Source of the DNA: an uncultured Candidatus Berkelbacteria bacterium | Lineage (GTDB): Bacteria > Patescibacteriota > UBA1384 > UBA12157 | DNA: 64,000 nt | Assembly: GCA_903877885.1 (NCBI GenBank) | Contig: CAIRFN010000006.1 | Location: 86,054-150,053, forward strand | Reading direction: 5' to 3' | Position numbers and translations under genes: made by a program | Shown: positions 49,553 to 57,910 of the stretch, one piece after another | How the letters are laid out: each line of letters begins with the position of its first letter | Numbering within the stretch: position 1 is the stretch's first letter | Notes under the pieces: model-generated | What the model was told of the DNA's origin: nothing | Seen by the model: the letters and a program-made list of their open reading frames with translations, nothing else | Databases searched by the model: none

Positions 49553-50716
49553 TTAGCCGCTTTTGGTATTGTCGATTTTTTGGTTAATGAGATTGCATAT
49601 ACCAGTTGCCGCTGATTTTCTTGCTAAGTTTTGTTGAGCTAAGCGTCTGGTTTTATACTGAAGTTTTTCTCCCATGAAAAGCATTTGACACTCACCGATA
49701 AAGAATCTGTCTTCAGGTTTGACGTGAATCTTGGGAATGGGGACTTGATGAGCTCTGCACCATTTTGATAGAGTTTCGATGGTATCAGTCTCAATGACTA
49801 TTCTTTTATACTCGCGAAGGTCATCTTCTGGTTTGTTTAAAACTTTTGTATTAAGTCTTTGCAAAAGTTCCGATAAATTTTCTTCATTGTAATAATTGTT
49901 CTGGTTCGTTAAGGTTGAAATTAATATTCTTTGATTTACTAAATCGCTAAAACGTCTAATTGGTGATGTAGCCCTAAGATAATAGTCGATTTTCATGTCT
50001 TCGTGTTTTTCTGGAGTAATTGAATAATTAGCAATAGACAAAACCTCGGTTTTCTTATGAACACGATAAAGTGCTGGTATACCAAGGTTTTTTAAATATT
50101 GAGCTACTAAGAGATTAAAAAGAATACTAAATTCAGTTATGATTATATGACCTTCTGTCTCGATTGAGTCACAAGCGAGACGCTTGCCGTCATCGTCGAA
50201 AATTATTCCTTCGCAAACATCTTCTCTAGAGATTTTTCTTTCAGGGAATCTTTTTCTCATAAGCTCCAGTGCCAGGTCAAAAGCTTGATTTATCATGGGA
50301 AAAATTTCGTCATGATTATTTCGTAACAACCAATGTATATCGGAGTAAAAAAGCTTTTTGATACTTCTAAAAATGGACTGGACAAATCGGGGTGTTCCAA
50401 GCAAATTGTAATCTTTGTCGAAAGAAATAACCATGGTTAGCGCTTGTCTGGTTTGACTTGGTAGAAAACTCGCTGTGCATTCAGCAATATTTTTTGGAAG
50501 CATATGCTTAATGGCAGTGCCATTTAAACGATAAACAGACTCTATTTGCTCATAAGCATTTATATCAAGTTCTGATCCTATTGGTATAATTGACGCGACT
50601 TCCGAAACAGAAATATTCAGTTTAAATATATCGTCTGTTCTTGTGAGCCAAAAACCGTCGTCTAAATCCATTGATGACGGTCGATCAATCGTAACTCCTG
50701 TCAAATTACATCTCAT
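49553..50716 (-). CDS. RNB (RNase II/R catalytic) domain protein with a dsRBD-like C-terminus
   Basis: TIDRPSSMDLDDG, ALYRVH and TSPIRRFSDLVNQR. Confidence 0.85.
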   Translation of the reverse strand: MRCNLTGVTIDRPSSMDLDDGFWLTRTDDIFKLNISVSEVASIIPIGSELDINAYEQIESVYRLNGTAIKHMLPKNIAECTASFLPSQTRQALTMVISFDKDYNLLGTPRFVQSIFRSIKKLFYSDIHWLLRNNHDEIFPMINQAFDLALELMRKRFPERKISREDVCEGIIFDDDGKRLACDSIETEGHIIITEFSILFNLLVAQYLKNLGIPALYRVHKKTEVLSIANYSITPEKHEDMKIDYYLRATSPIRRFSDLVNQRILISTLTNQNNYYNEENLSELLQRLNTKVLNKPEDDLREYKRIVIETDTIETLSKWCRAHQVPIPKIHVKPEDRFFIGECQMLFMGEKLQYKTRRLAQQNLARKSAATGICNLINQKIDNTKSG

Positions 50717-50817
50717 GGTAACCACCTCCTTGAGTTTGTTAATGTTCTTTGACCACTATACCTTAAAAGAGAAGTTATGTCAATGAAAAATAGGGGACGA
50801 AATTGGGGACGGTTCTG

Positions 50818-50837
50818 CCTGCCTGCCGGCAGGCAGG
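50818..50837. repeat. Perfect 20-bp palindrome
   Basis: CCTGCCTGCCGGCAGGCAGG. Confidence 0.85.
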
Positions 50838-51036
50838 TTTTGACCTGAAGATTAGGCTTTTTGGGATTTTTTAAAATATTAAAAATAAATACAAAAAAAT
50901 CCACCAAATGATTTTTGTAAATCATCTCGCGGATTTCTGATTTTTGGTAGACTTAATGCACTTTCCTTCGAACACCTTTTGAAATGGCTCGATCAAATTA
51001 TGAGAGCATGTCTACTACCCAAGGATCAGGATAAAT

Positions 51037-51252
51037 TTATATCTTGATCTCTTTTATTTTTAAAACTTCCTTAACTTCTCGTACCTTTTCAACTGACGGA
51101 TTAACCTCGTCTCGCTCCATCTGGGCATAGTAGTTAGTGCTGATATCGGCTTTCTCGGCTACCTCCAATTGGGTCAGGTGAAGTTTTTCCCTGGCTGCCT
51201 TGAACTGTTCGCCGATTGTTTGATTCGATTTTGTAGAATTATCAGTACCCAT
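51037..51252 (-). CDS. XRE-family HTH transcriptional regulator
   Basis: AREKLHLTQLEVAEKADISTNYYAQMERDEVNPS. Confidence 0.9.
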   Translation of the reverse strand: MGTDNSTKSNQTIGEQFKAAREKLHLTQLEVAEKADISTNYYAQMERDEVNPSVEKVREVKEVLKIKEIKI

Positions 51253-51306
51253 ACCGTTATTTTAGCAGATTTTACGCCTTATGACCAGTGGTCTGAAACT
51301 TTAAGA

Positions 51307-51525
51307 CTATTTGTCCGCCTGATCGCTCTGTGGGCCGCCGGATTCCAAGACATCAAGAAGTCGTTTCAACCATTCTTCTTTACCAATTTCGTCAATCATC
51401 TTGGCGTTAGCCTTGACCCAAGTTTCCTTTGAAACCATAGTCTCATGCTCCAAGCAAAGCGCCGGCAAAATATTGATAGCGTAAAACGGGTTGGCAAACA
51501 TTTCTTCAAGTTCTTTTTCATTCAT
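51307..51525 (-). CDS. Hypothetical protein
   Basis: 72-aa ORF with an AAGGA RBS. Confidence 0.65.
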   Translation of the reverse strand: MNEKELEEMFANPFYAINILPALCLEHETMVSKETWVKANAKMIDEIGKEEWLKRLLDVLESGGPQSDQADK

Positions 51526-51600
51526 ATTATTCCTTTCATATTACAAGGCGAGTATAACACAAAGTCTCGATCAATATCAAAATAAATTAAGGAGGTCACA

Positions 51601-52326
51601 ATGTTACGACAATCACCGGCATATAGACAACATTTAACAAATATCCAAAATGAAGTCGATGCCAAAAAATTAAAACAAATGCAAAAAGGCAATCTTTTTA
51701 ACGAGAAGAGCTTTTATCAAGCATTTGTTAAAGATATGTTGGCTGCCAAAAAAGAAGTAGTGATTTACAGTCCGTTTGTATCGAAGTTCCGATCGGAGTT
51801 CTTTAGACGAACTCTTATCGAGCTTCGAAAGAGAAATATACCTGTTTTTATCTTTACCAGACCGCTTGAAGAGCATGATTATTTTATGAAAGCCGAAATT
51901 TCCTGCGCCTTAAAGGATTATGAAGAATCCGGCGCCTATATCACCTATCTACCAGGGTTTGTTCACGAAAAATTAGCTATCATTGATCGCGAAATTCTTT
52001 GGGAAGGGAGTTTAAATATTCTTTCGCAAAGGCAAAGCCGAGAAATGATGAGACGAATCTCGGATGAGATATTGGTGCAAGAAACGATGTCTTATCTGGG
52101 GCTGAACAAAAAACTGGCTGAAGCTTATAAATTTCAGTATGAACGGCTGTATCGCAATACGGCCAAGAATCTTGAAGAGAATAAACTGGCTAAGATCAAA
52201 TTGTTCTTTTCGGGAGTAATTGTTCCGTTTCTTGCCTGGTGGCTATTTGCCGTCGCTAAAGTATTAATAGTATCACTGAAAGGAGCAAAACTTGTTTTTG
52301 GTTTGATAAATTTTCTTTACAAATAA
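51601..52326 (+). CDS. Phospholipase D-like (single HKD) domain protein with a hydrophobic C-terminal tail
   Basis: IYSPF and HEKLAIID..WEGSLN. Confidence 0.85.
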   Translation: MLRQSPAYRQHLTNIQNEVDAKKLKQMQKGNLFNEKSFYQAFVKDMLAAKKEVVIYSPFVSKFRSEFFRRTLIELRKRNIPVFIFTRPLEEHDYFMKAEISCALKDYEESGAYITYLPGFVHEKLAIIDREILWEGSLNILSQRQSREMMRRISDEILVQETMSYLGLNKKLAEAYKFQYERLYRNTAKNLEENKLAKIKLFFSGVIVPFLAWWLFAVAKVLIVSLKGAKLVFGLINFLYK

Positions 52327-52410
52327 AAGTGTGATTTTGTCATACTAAGCTTTCTGTGAAATATGGACTTTTTGAATTAATAATTTATGACTTTCTGGTA
52401 TAATCAAGAT

Positions 52411-52623
52411 ATGGATATTAATGAATTTAAAACTGTTGCCGGATGGTACAAAAAAATGAAAGCAGATGGCTATACAGTGCCGCTGGCTCTTTATTTTACA
52501 TTGGAGCGAATGGTCAAGGAAAAGAAGATGACTTTTCAACAAGCTTTTAACGAGTTGCAAACCAAAAATCGAATTCAAATAAATAACAAAAATATAAGTT
52601 TTTCCCTAAACGAGATTAAATAA
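52411..52623 (+). CDS. Hypothetical protein
   Basis: 70-aa ORF preceded by a TGGTATAAT promoter element. Confidence 0.5.
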   Translation: MDINEFKTVAGWYKKMKADGYTVPLALYFTLERMVKEKKMTFQQAFNELQTKNRIQINNKNISFSLNEIK

Positions 52624-52627
52624 AAAA

Positions 52628-53227
52628 ATGACACAACAAATTTTAATGATTCACGGCGGAAATGCGTTTAAAACCCATGAAGAATACATCAGCTATTTAC
52701 AGAACAAAGAATTTACCTTGAAGGAATTGAAATTCAAAGATTGGAAAGCAAATTTGGCGGAAGATTTGGGTAGTGGCCATGAAGTTTTTACACCTCGAAT
52801 GCCTAACTCTCAAAATGCGCGATACGCAGAATGGAAAATTTGGTTTGAAAAAGTTCTCTCGCTTTTGGATGACAATCTAATTTTAATCGGTCACTCATTG
52901 GGCGGAATTTGTATTGCAAAATATCTTTCGGAAAACACATCTGCCAAAAAAATTAAAGCAACTTTTTTAGTGGCCGCGCCTTTCAACACGGCCGGCAAAC
53001 ATCCATTAGTGGATTTTATTATTTCTAATGATATTTCAGGATTGGCCGATCAGGTCGGCCAAATTTTTCTTTACCACAGTGAGGACGATAAAGTTGTGCC
53101 ATACTCAAACTTCAAAGATTATACGAAAGCCTTACCAATGGCAGAGGGCAAGATATTTATTGATGCCGGTCATTTCCATCAAACTCATTTCCCGCAATTA
53201 GTCGAGGATATCAAATCATTAAATTAA
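52628..53227 (+). CDS. Alpha/beta hydrolase (YdeN/RBBP9-like)
   Basis: IHGG, GHSLGG, HSEDD.VVP and GHF. Confidence 0.9.
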   Translation: MTQQILMIHGGNAFKTHEEYISYLQNKEFTLKELKFKDWKANLAEDLGSGHEVFTPRMPNSQNARYAEWKIWFEKVLSLLDDNLILIGHSLGGICIAKYLSENTSAKKIKATFLVAAPFNTAGKHPLVDFIISNDISGLADQVGQIFLYHSEDDKVVPYSNFKDYTKALPMAEGKIFIDAGHFHQTHFPQLVEDIKSLN

Positions 53228-53229
53228 AA

Positions 53230-53700
53230 GTGATCGAGGAAAATATGAAAATATACCTTCGAGAAATTGAACTGCAAGACTTTGAAATATTTGAAAAATA
53301 TACTGACGATGAAGAGCTACACAAATACAATTCTTTTGACATTTACAAAAAAGCCAAAGAAGTTGGGTTTGAGAACTTTCTAAAAGACAAGGACGAAACA
53401 CGTTATGCAATCTGCTTGAAAGATACTGGAGAAATAATTGGTGATATCGGGGAAAGAATTGTGCTTGATTCTTCTGATATTAAATTTGGTCTGACAATCT
53501 TTAGGAAAGATCTCTGGGACAAAGGCTTTGGATACCAAGCAGTGATGCAATTACTCGAAAAATTAAAGGTAAGGGGTGTCGAAACAGTTGTTTTAGATGT
53601 GGACAAGCGCAACAAACGCGCTCTGCGCTTATATGAGAAAATTGGATTTACTACTTATGAGGAAAGTGACAAGAAGTATCATATGTCAAAGAAACTATAG
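53230..53700 (+). CDS. GNAT family N-acetyltransferase (RimJ/L-like)
   Basis: WDKGFG and NKRALRLYEKIGF. Confidence 0.9.
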   Translation: MIEENMKIYLREIELQDFEIFEKYTDDEELHKYNSFDIYKKAKEVGFENFLKDKDETRYAICLKDTGEIIGDIGERIVLDSSDIKFGLTIFRKDLWDKGFGYQAVMQLLEKLKVRGVETVVLDVDKRNKRALRLYEKIGFTTYEESDKKYHMSKKL

Positions 53701-53760
53701 TTTGGTCAACTCATTCGCTCTCATTTATTCGGCTCATTTCTTCAACCGGAACCAAAAATT

Positions 53761-54282
53761 TTATGGTTCTCTGTATTCTACTGGTATTTCTAATCCAAAT
53801 TTCTTACAAAGAGCTATAATATCTTCCGCATCATGTTTAGCTATTTCATGGTCTAACCTAAATTTGATCGCATATTCAAGAGAAACGCATTTTACTTCTT
53901 GACCGTTAATTTTGCCAATGCCCCCGAATGAATCAGCTGGGTTCATCTCGTTATTTTCGGCAGGACCAAAAATACCATCGCCTTTTTCGTCAAAGTGAAT
54001 AGCGGTGATATCAATTTCATGACCTTTGCCGTCGGACATATGAAAATAGTTATCGGCTAAATCATCGCGTTGCAAAATCTTGTAATTTTGATCGCCAAGT
54101 AACTCTTTAATTTGTGTGACATCTTTTTCTTGGATAATAATATCTAGATCGCCATGCGGTCGAGTCAGCTCGCCGATCAAAGCGTCAATTCCCCAACCGC
54201 CATCTATCCAGGCGTCGATCTTATTGTCGTTTAATTGGGAATAGATATCCACGACATCTTTTGCCGTCATTTCTTGTTGCAT
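53761..54282 (-). CDS. Lincosamide/aminoglycoside-2''-nucleotidyltransferase family protein
   Basis: WIDGGWGIDALIG..TRPHGDLDI. Confidence 0.85.
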   Translation of the reverse strand: MQQEMTAKDVVDIYSQLNDNKIDAWIDGGWGIDALIGELTRPHGDLDIIIQEKDVTQIKELLGDQNYKILQRDDLADNYFHMSDGKGHEIDITAIHFDEKGDGIFGPAENNEMNPADSFGGIGKINGQEVKCVSLEYAIKFRLDHEIAKHDAEDIIALCKKFGLEIPVEYREP

Positions 54283-54300
54283 AATTTTGATTCCTTTTGG

Positions 54301-54810
54301 CTATGAAATAGCGTATTCAATAACTTTGACTGGAATACCTTTTTCTCTCGCTTTATTGATCGTGTCTTGCACGCCGTCACTTCCGTTTACATGGAAAGCC
54401 AGGAGTTCATCGGCCGCATTGACGACTTGCATATTTCTTTCAAAGTAGGTAGTTTTATCGACGATCTTGTTGATTTTGTTCTCGATTATAGATTCTGGAT
54501 TTATTTCTTTTAGCCTTGATAACTGCGCAATTAATTCTTCTGCTTGGTCATGAGTAATTACACCTTCATCTGCTCTTTTTCGATAATGTGCCGCGTAAAT
54601 GTCCAGTGTGGTCGGTAGAAATATTTTAATCTGCTTGAAATCTTTGTTTAATTTCATCGCTTCGTCGGTGGCAAAATAATCAACATTAAGAGCACCGCCG
54701 GAAACAATACCATCGCCGTCTTTAATAATATCGGCGACTTCCTTGCGGACATCACTTTCAACTTTTTCGCTGGTTAGACGCCAACTACCACTAATTGCGA
54801 TCCATTTCAT
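54301..54810 (-). CDS. SLOG-superfamily (DprA-like Rossmann) protein
   Basis: IAISGS, IVSGGA..VD, RN..VV..AD and S.GVQDTI..A. Confidence 0.75.
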   Translation of the reverse strand: MKWIAISGSWRLTSEKVESDVRKEVADIIKDGDGIVSGGALNVDYFATDEAMKLNKDFKQIKIFLPTTLDIYAAHYRKRADEGVITHDQAEELIAQLSRLKEINPESIIENKINKIVDKTTYFERNMQVVNAADELLAFHVNGSDGVQDTINKAREKGIPVKVIEYAIS

Positions 54811-54846
54811 ATTAGAACCTTTTCCATACTCAGAACTTACTCCAAA

Positions 54847-54987
54847 CTATAATTCCAAAATATTTGCTTTTTGTTTCATTGCTTCAAGAACGATTCCAAT
54901 ATGCTTATCCAGATCAATTCCAAGATCAGCTGCGCCCTCGACAATATCTTCGCGGCTAATTGCTGCCGAGAAACGGATTTTTCTCAT
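54847..54987 (-). pseudogene. C-terminal fragment of an HD-domain hydrolase (COG2316-like)
   Basis: FSAAISREDIVEGAADLGIDLDKHIGIVLEAMKQKANILEL*. Confidence 0.6.
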
Positions 54988-55264
54988 GGTGATCTTGGCG
55001 TTTGGCGATATCCAAGGTTTGACCCCAATCAGCCAGGATCAAGCCAATAGTTGTTGCTTGCACTGCGCGCAAGCTAATTCCCGGCGGCAGCTCAAATTGC
55101 CGCACATCAACACTGTTTTGACCATAGGTAATCGCTAAGTCTGATTGGGCTGGTATTTTTACCAACGAATCCGCTTGCGGCAGTTGCGACATCAGATTAG
55201 TTGAAAACGCCAGCGATATCTGCGCAACAAAGACGATAAACCCGACTACGACTAAAAGCTTCAT
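54956..55264 (-). CDS. Hypothetical secreted protein, possibly truncated
   Basis: Signal-like N-terminus MKLLVVVGFIVFVAQ and a GAGAGG RBS. Confidence 0.5.
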   Translation of the reverse strand: MKLLVVVGFIVFVAQISLAFSTNLMSQLPQADSLVKIPAQSDLAITYGQNSVDVRQFELPPGISLRAVQATTIGLILADWGQTLDIAKRQDHHEKNPFLGSN

Positions 55265-55423
55265 CTTCCTCTCCTTTAACTGATTTACCGAATAATCAAT
55301 CTTAGCACTGAAATCGCCAAATGTCAAGAGAGAACCACTCGACTCTTGCATATTTTCCTTTTTTATGATATTTATGCTTTATGCCACGGACCTTAACATC
55401 TGATGGCAAACAAAGGGGAAAAC

Positions 55424-56503
55424 ATGGCTAAGCAATTGGCATTAATTTCCGGACCTTCCGGTACCGGAAAAGGTCCAGCTCTAGACGAAGTCCTAAAAAG
55501 ACTGGCTAGCACTATTCAGGTTGGCCGGATTGTGCTTTACACAAGTCGGCCGATGCGAGCGGGCGAAATTCCCGATGTCACCTTTCACTATCTGACAGCC
55601 GAGCAAATCAAAAATCTGGACCCAAATCGATACATTATCGGTCAAGTCCGGCTCGACTGGCAAGCTATTGACTTGGAAGAAGTAAAAACCGTCCTGGCCA
55701 ATTTCGATTTAGTTATCGTCGAGGTCTACCCAACGCTCGGCCAAAAATTATTGGAATGGCTGAAACTTCACCAGGAGTTTGATTCCTTTGAAGTTAAAAC
55801 TATTGCCATGGTGCCGATGAGTAATGAAGAAATGGCTGTGGCCGCCCTTATTTGTGGCACAACCATGGAAAACGCTCTTTATCTGACAATGCGTGGCAAA
55901 CTCGAACGACGCGCCAGCAAATCGGATACGCCCGAACAGATCCAAAGCCGCGCTTCTTTAGCCTACACTGAAATCCAGATGATGAAGGACTACCAACACC
56001 ACATCGTCAACCATATCGGCGAAGACAACAAAATCGGCTGGTCAAAACCGCTCTGTATTGAAGCTGATCGAGTGGTTCAAGAACTGGTTTCGGTTATCCA
56101 ACACGTTGAACCAAACCACTACCGAATCAGTTGGCATGATTACGAAGACGGTTGTAGTTTAAACAAAATTATTGAGGTCAAAAAGGGTGATGATCCGGAG
56201 CAAGCCGCCGAAAATCATCTTCGCCACTATCTTAAACCGAACATGTATGAACTGGAAGCCGTCACTCTGATTGATTTGACAAAGAAAGATAATCCAATCA
56301 AGAAATGGCGAATTGAAGTCGGACCGGTGTTTGAAGGGCCAGGCCCGGGCGACGGCAGCGATGCGTCGTTCGATGTGGTGATTTTCGTCGGCACAAAAGA
56401 AGAAATGAAACAAAAAGCCGAAGCGATGTGCCTGGTTTATTCTGGTTACAACCCAGATATCGGGCATTGCACAACTTCCTATTCGGCCACAATCGAAGAC
56501 TAA
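55424..56503 (+). CDS. Guanylate-kinase-like P-loop protein with a long C-terminal extension
   Basis: ISGPSGTGKG and YTSRPMRAGE..DVTFHYL. Confidence 0.75.
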   Translation: MAKQLALISGPSGTGKGPALDEVLKRLASTIQVGRIVLYTSRPMRAGEIPDVTFHYLTAEQIKNLDPNRYIIGQVRLDWQAIDLEEVKTVLANFDLVIVEVYPTLGQKLLEWLKLHQEFDSFEVKTIAMVPMSNEEMAVAALICGTTMENALYLTMRGKLERRASKSDTPEQIQSRASLAYTEIQMMKDYQHHIVNHIGEDNKIGWSKPLCIEADRVVQELVSVIQHVEPNHYRISWHDYEDGCSLNKIIEVKKGDDPEQAAENHLRHYLKPNMYELEAVTLIDLTKKDNPIKKWRIEVGPVFEGPGPGDGSDASFDVVIFVGTKEEMKQKAEAMCLVYSGYNPDIGHCTTSYSATIED

Positions 56504-56518
56504 TTAAGAACTATATCT

Positions 56519-56544
56519 CCCGCTAAAAAATTAGCGGGTTTTTT
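56519..56544 (+). terminator. Intrinsic terminator
   Basis: CCCGCTAA-AAAA-TTAGCGGG followed by a T-tract. Confidence 0.75.
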
Positions 56545-56556
56545 ATTTTTTAATTT

Positions 56557-56690
56557 TAGCGAGTACGGGATTTACGGACAGCTCGGAAACCCACGGTTTT
56601 CCGACGTCCGGCATAAATGTCGGACTGCCTTCCTCTAGCGGTAAACCTCTGGTTTCCCGACCCCTTCCTGGTCCGAATCCCAAATCTACA
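56557..56690 (-). pseudogene. tRNA-Glu 3'-half remnant with a ~100-nt multi-hairpin insert in the T-loop
   Basis: Minus strand TGTAGAT..GGGATTCG[insert]AATCCCGTACTCGCTA versus intact TGTAGATCGCGGGTTCGAATCCCGCACGCGCTA. Confidence 0.7.
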
Positions 56691-56730
56691 TTAAAGCAAA
56701 AAATTCACCGAAATGGTGAATCCTTTGCTT

Positions 56731-56804
56731 TAGCGCGTGCGGGATTCGAACCCGCGATCTACAGAATGAAAATCTGTTATCCTAGGCCTCTAGACGAACG
56801 CGCC
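56731..56804 (-). tRNA. tRNA-Glu(TTC)
   Basis: GGCGCGT/ACGCGCT stem; ACAGA-TTTTCAT-TCTGT. Confidence 0.93.
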
Positions 56805-56808
56805 ACAT

Positions 56809-57066
56809 CTATATTGTTAAGCTATCTCCGATATTTTCCTTTAAAAAATCTCTTTGCCCACCTTTTTTCTTAAGATTGATTTCTCTTCGACGAGCATCTT
56901 TCTCGGATAGATACGCCTCGTAATAAATCAATTTGTAAGGTTTATGCTTATTTGTGTAATTTACTTTTCCTAAGTTGTGTTCGATTAATCGTCTTTTAAT
57001 GTCATTACTATAACCAGTATAAGTGGTGTTGTCTCCAATACTTTTAATCAAATAGACGTAATACAT
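56809..57066 (-). CDS. GIY-YIG nuclease family protein
   Basis: YYVYLIKS..YTGYSND..RRL..HN.G..YYEAY..A..RE..LK. Confidence 0.93.
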   Translation of the reverse strand: MYYVYLIKSIGDNTTYTGYSNDIKRRLIEHNLGKVNYTNKHKPYKLIYYEAYLSEKDARRREINLKKKGGQRDFLKENIGDSLTI

Positions 57067-57069
57067 TTC

Positions 57070-57127
57070 AGGCCTCTAGCCCGCTAACCGCGGGTCCGCG
57101 TATAGCGGAACGAACGCGCCACATCTA
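57070..57127 (-). repeat. Duplicated 5' end of tRNA-Glu plus leader, interrupted by two 15-nt hairpins
   Basis: Matches 56784-56811 after removal of 57080-57109. Confidence 0.85.
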
Positions 57128-57265
57128 AAAATATTATATCATATTTTATCTCAATTGTCTATAACTTCTCAGTCTTGAAAGCTTGATTTTATGTTGAATT
57201 TTTGATACGATTAGTATGAAATGTATGAATTTAATTAAAATTATAAAAGGATAAAAAGTTCTAAT

Positions 57266-57886
57266 ATGAAAAAAAATCTCTTTCAAAACAAATCAATCGT
57301 ATCTGTAATTATTATTTTACTAATTGTTGCCATTATCGGTGGTTACCTCTTTTGGCAAAAAATTAATTCCACGGTGGCTATTGATACGGCTCAAATTTCC
57401 GCACCGCAAATGAATTTAATTTCCGCTAATGGTGGAACTTTGAAAGAGGTTTTTGCCCAGGAAGGCGATGTTTTACCGCCTAATTCCTTGATTGCTCGGG
57501 TGGATAACGAAATTATTAAAACTCGAACTGGCGGTGAATTGATTAAACTTAATGATGGCGTTGGTCGGGCTGTGAGCAAAGGCGAAGCAATTGCGACAAT
57601 TATTAGTCCTGGCGATTTGCAAGTTGTTGGTAAAATCGCTGAAAATAAAGGGTTGGATTCGATTCATGTTGGCCAAAACGCTTATTTTACAGTCGACGCC
57701 TTTGGCTCACAAAAGTTCTATGGCACGGTTAGCGAAATCGGCGCCACGGCCGACGTTGGTGCTTTAACATTCAATATTTCCGACAAACGAACTCAACAGA
57801 ATTTTGATGTTAAAATCAGTTATGATGTTAACGCCTATCCGGATTTGAAAAATGGTATGTCAGCTAAGATTTGGATTATCAAATAA
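57266..57886 (+). CDS. HlyD/EmrA-like membrane fusion protein (short)
   Basis: TM anchor, lipoyl-like halves, VGQ..FTVDAF and LKNGMSA. Confidence 0.85.
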   Translation: MKKNLFQNKSIVSVIIILLIVAIIGGYLFWQKINSTVAIDTAQISAPQMNLISANGGTLKEVFAQEGDVLPPNSLIARVDNEIIKTRTGGELIKLNDGVGRAVSKGEAIATIISPGDLQVVGKIAENKGLDSIHVGQNAYFTVDAFGSQKFYGTVSEIGATADVGALTFNISDKRTQQNFDVKISYDVNAYPDLKNGMSAKIWIIK

Positions 57887-57910
57887 ATTTGAAATTACGA
57901 AAGTTCTAAA

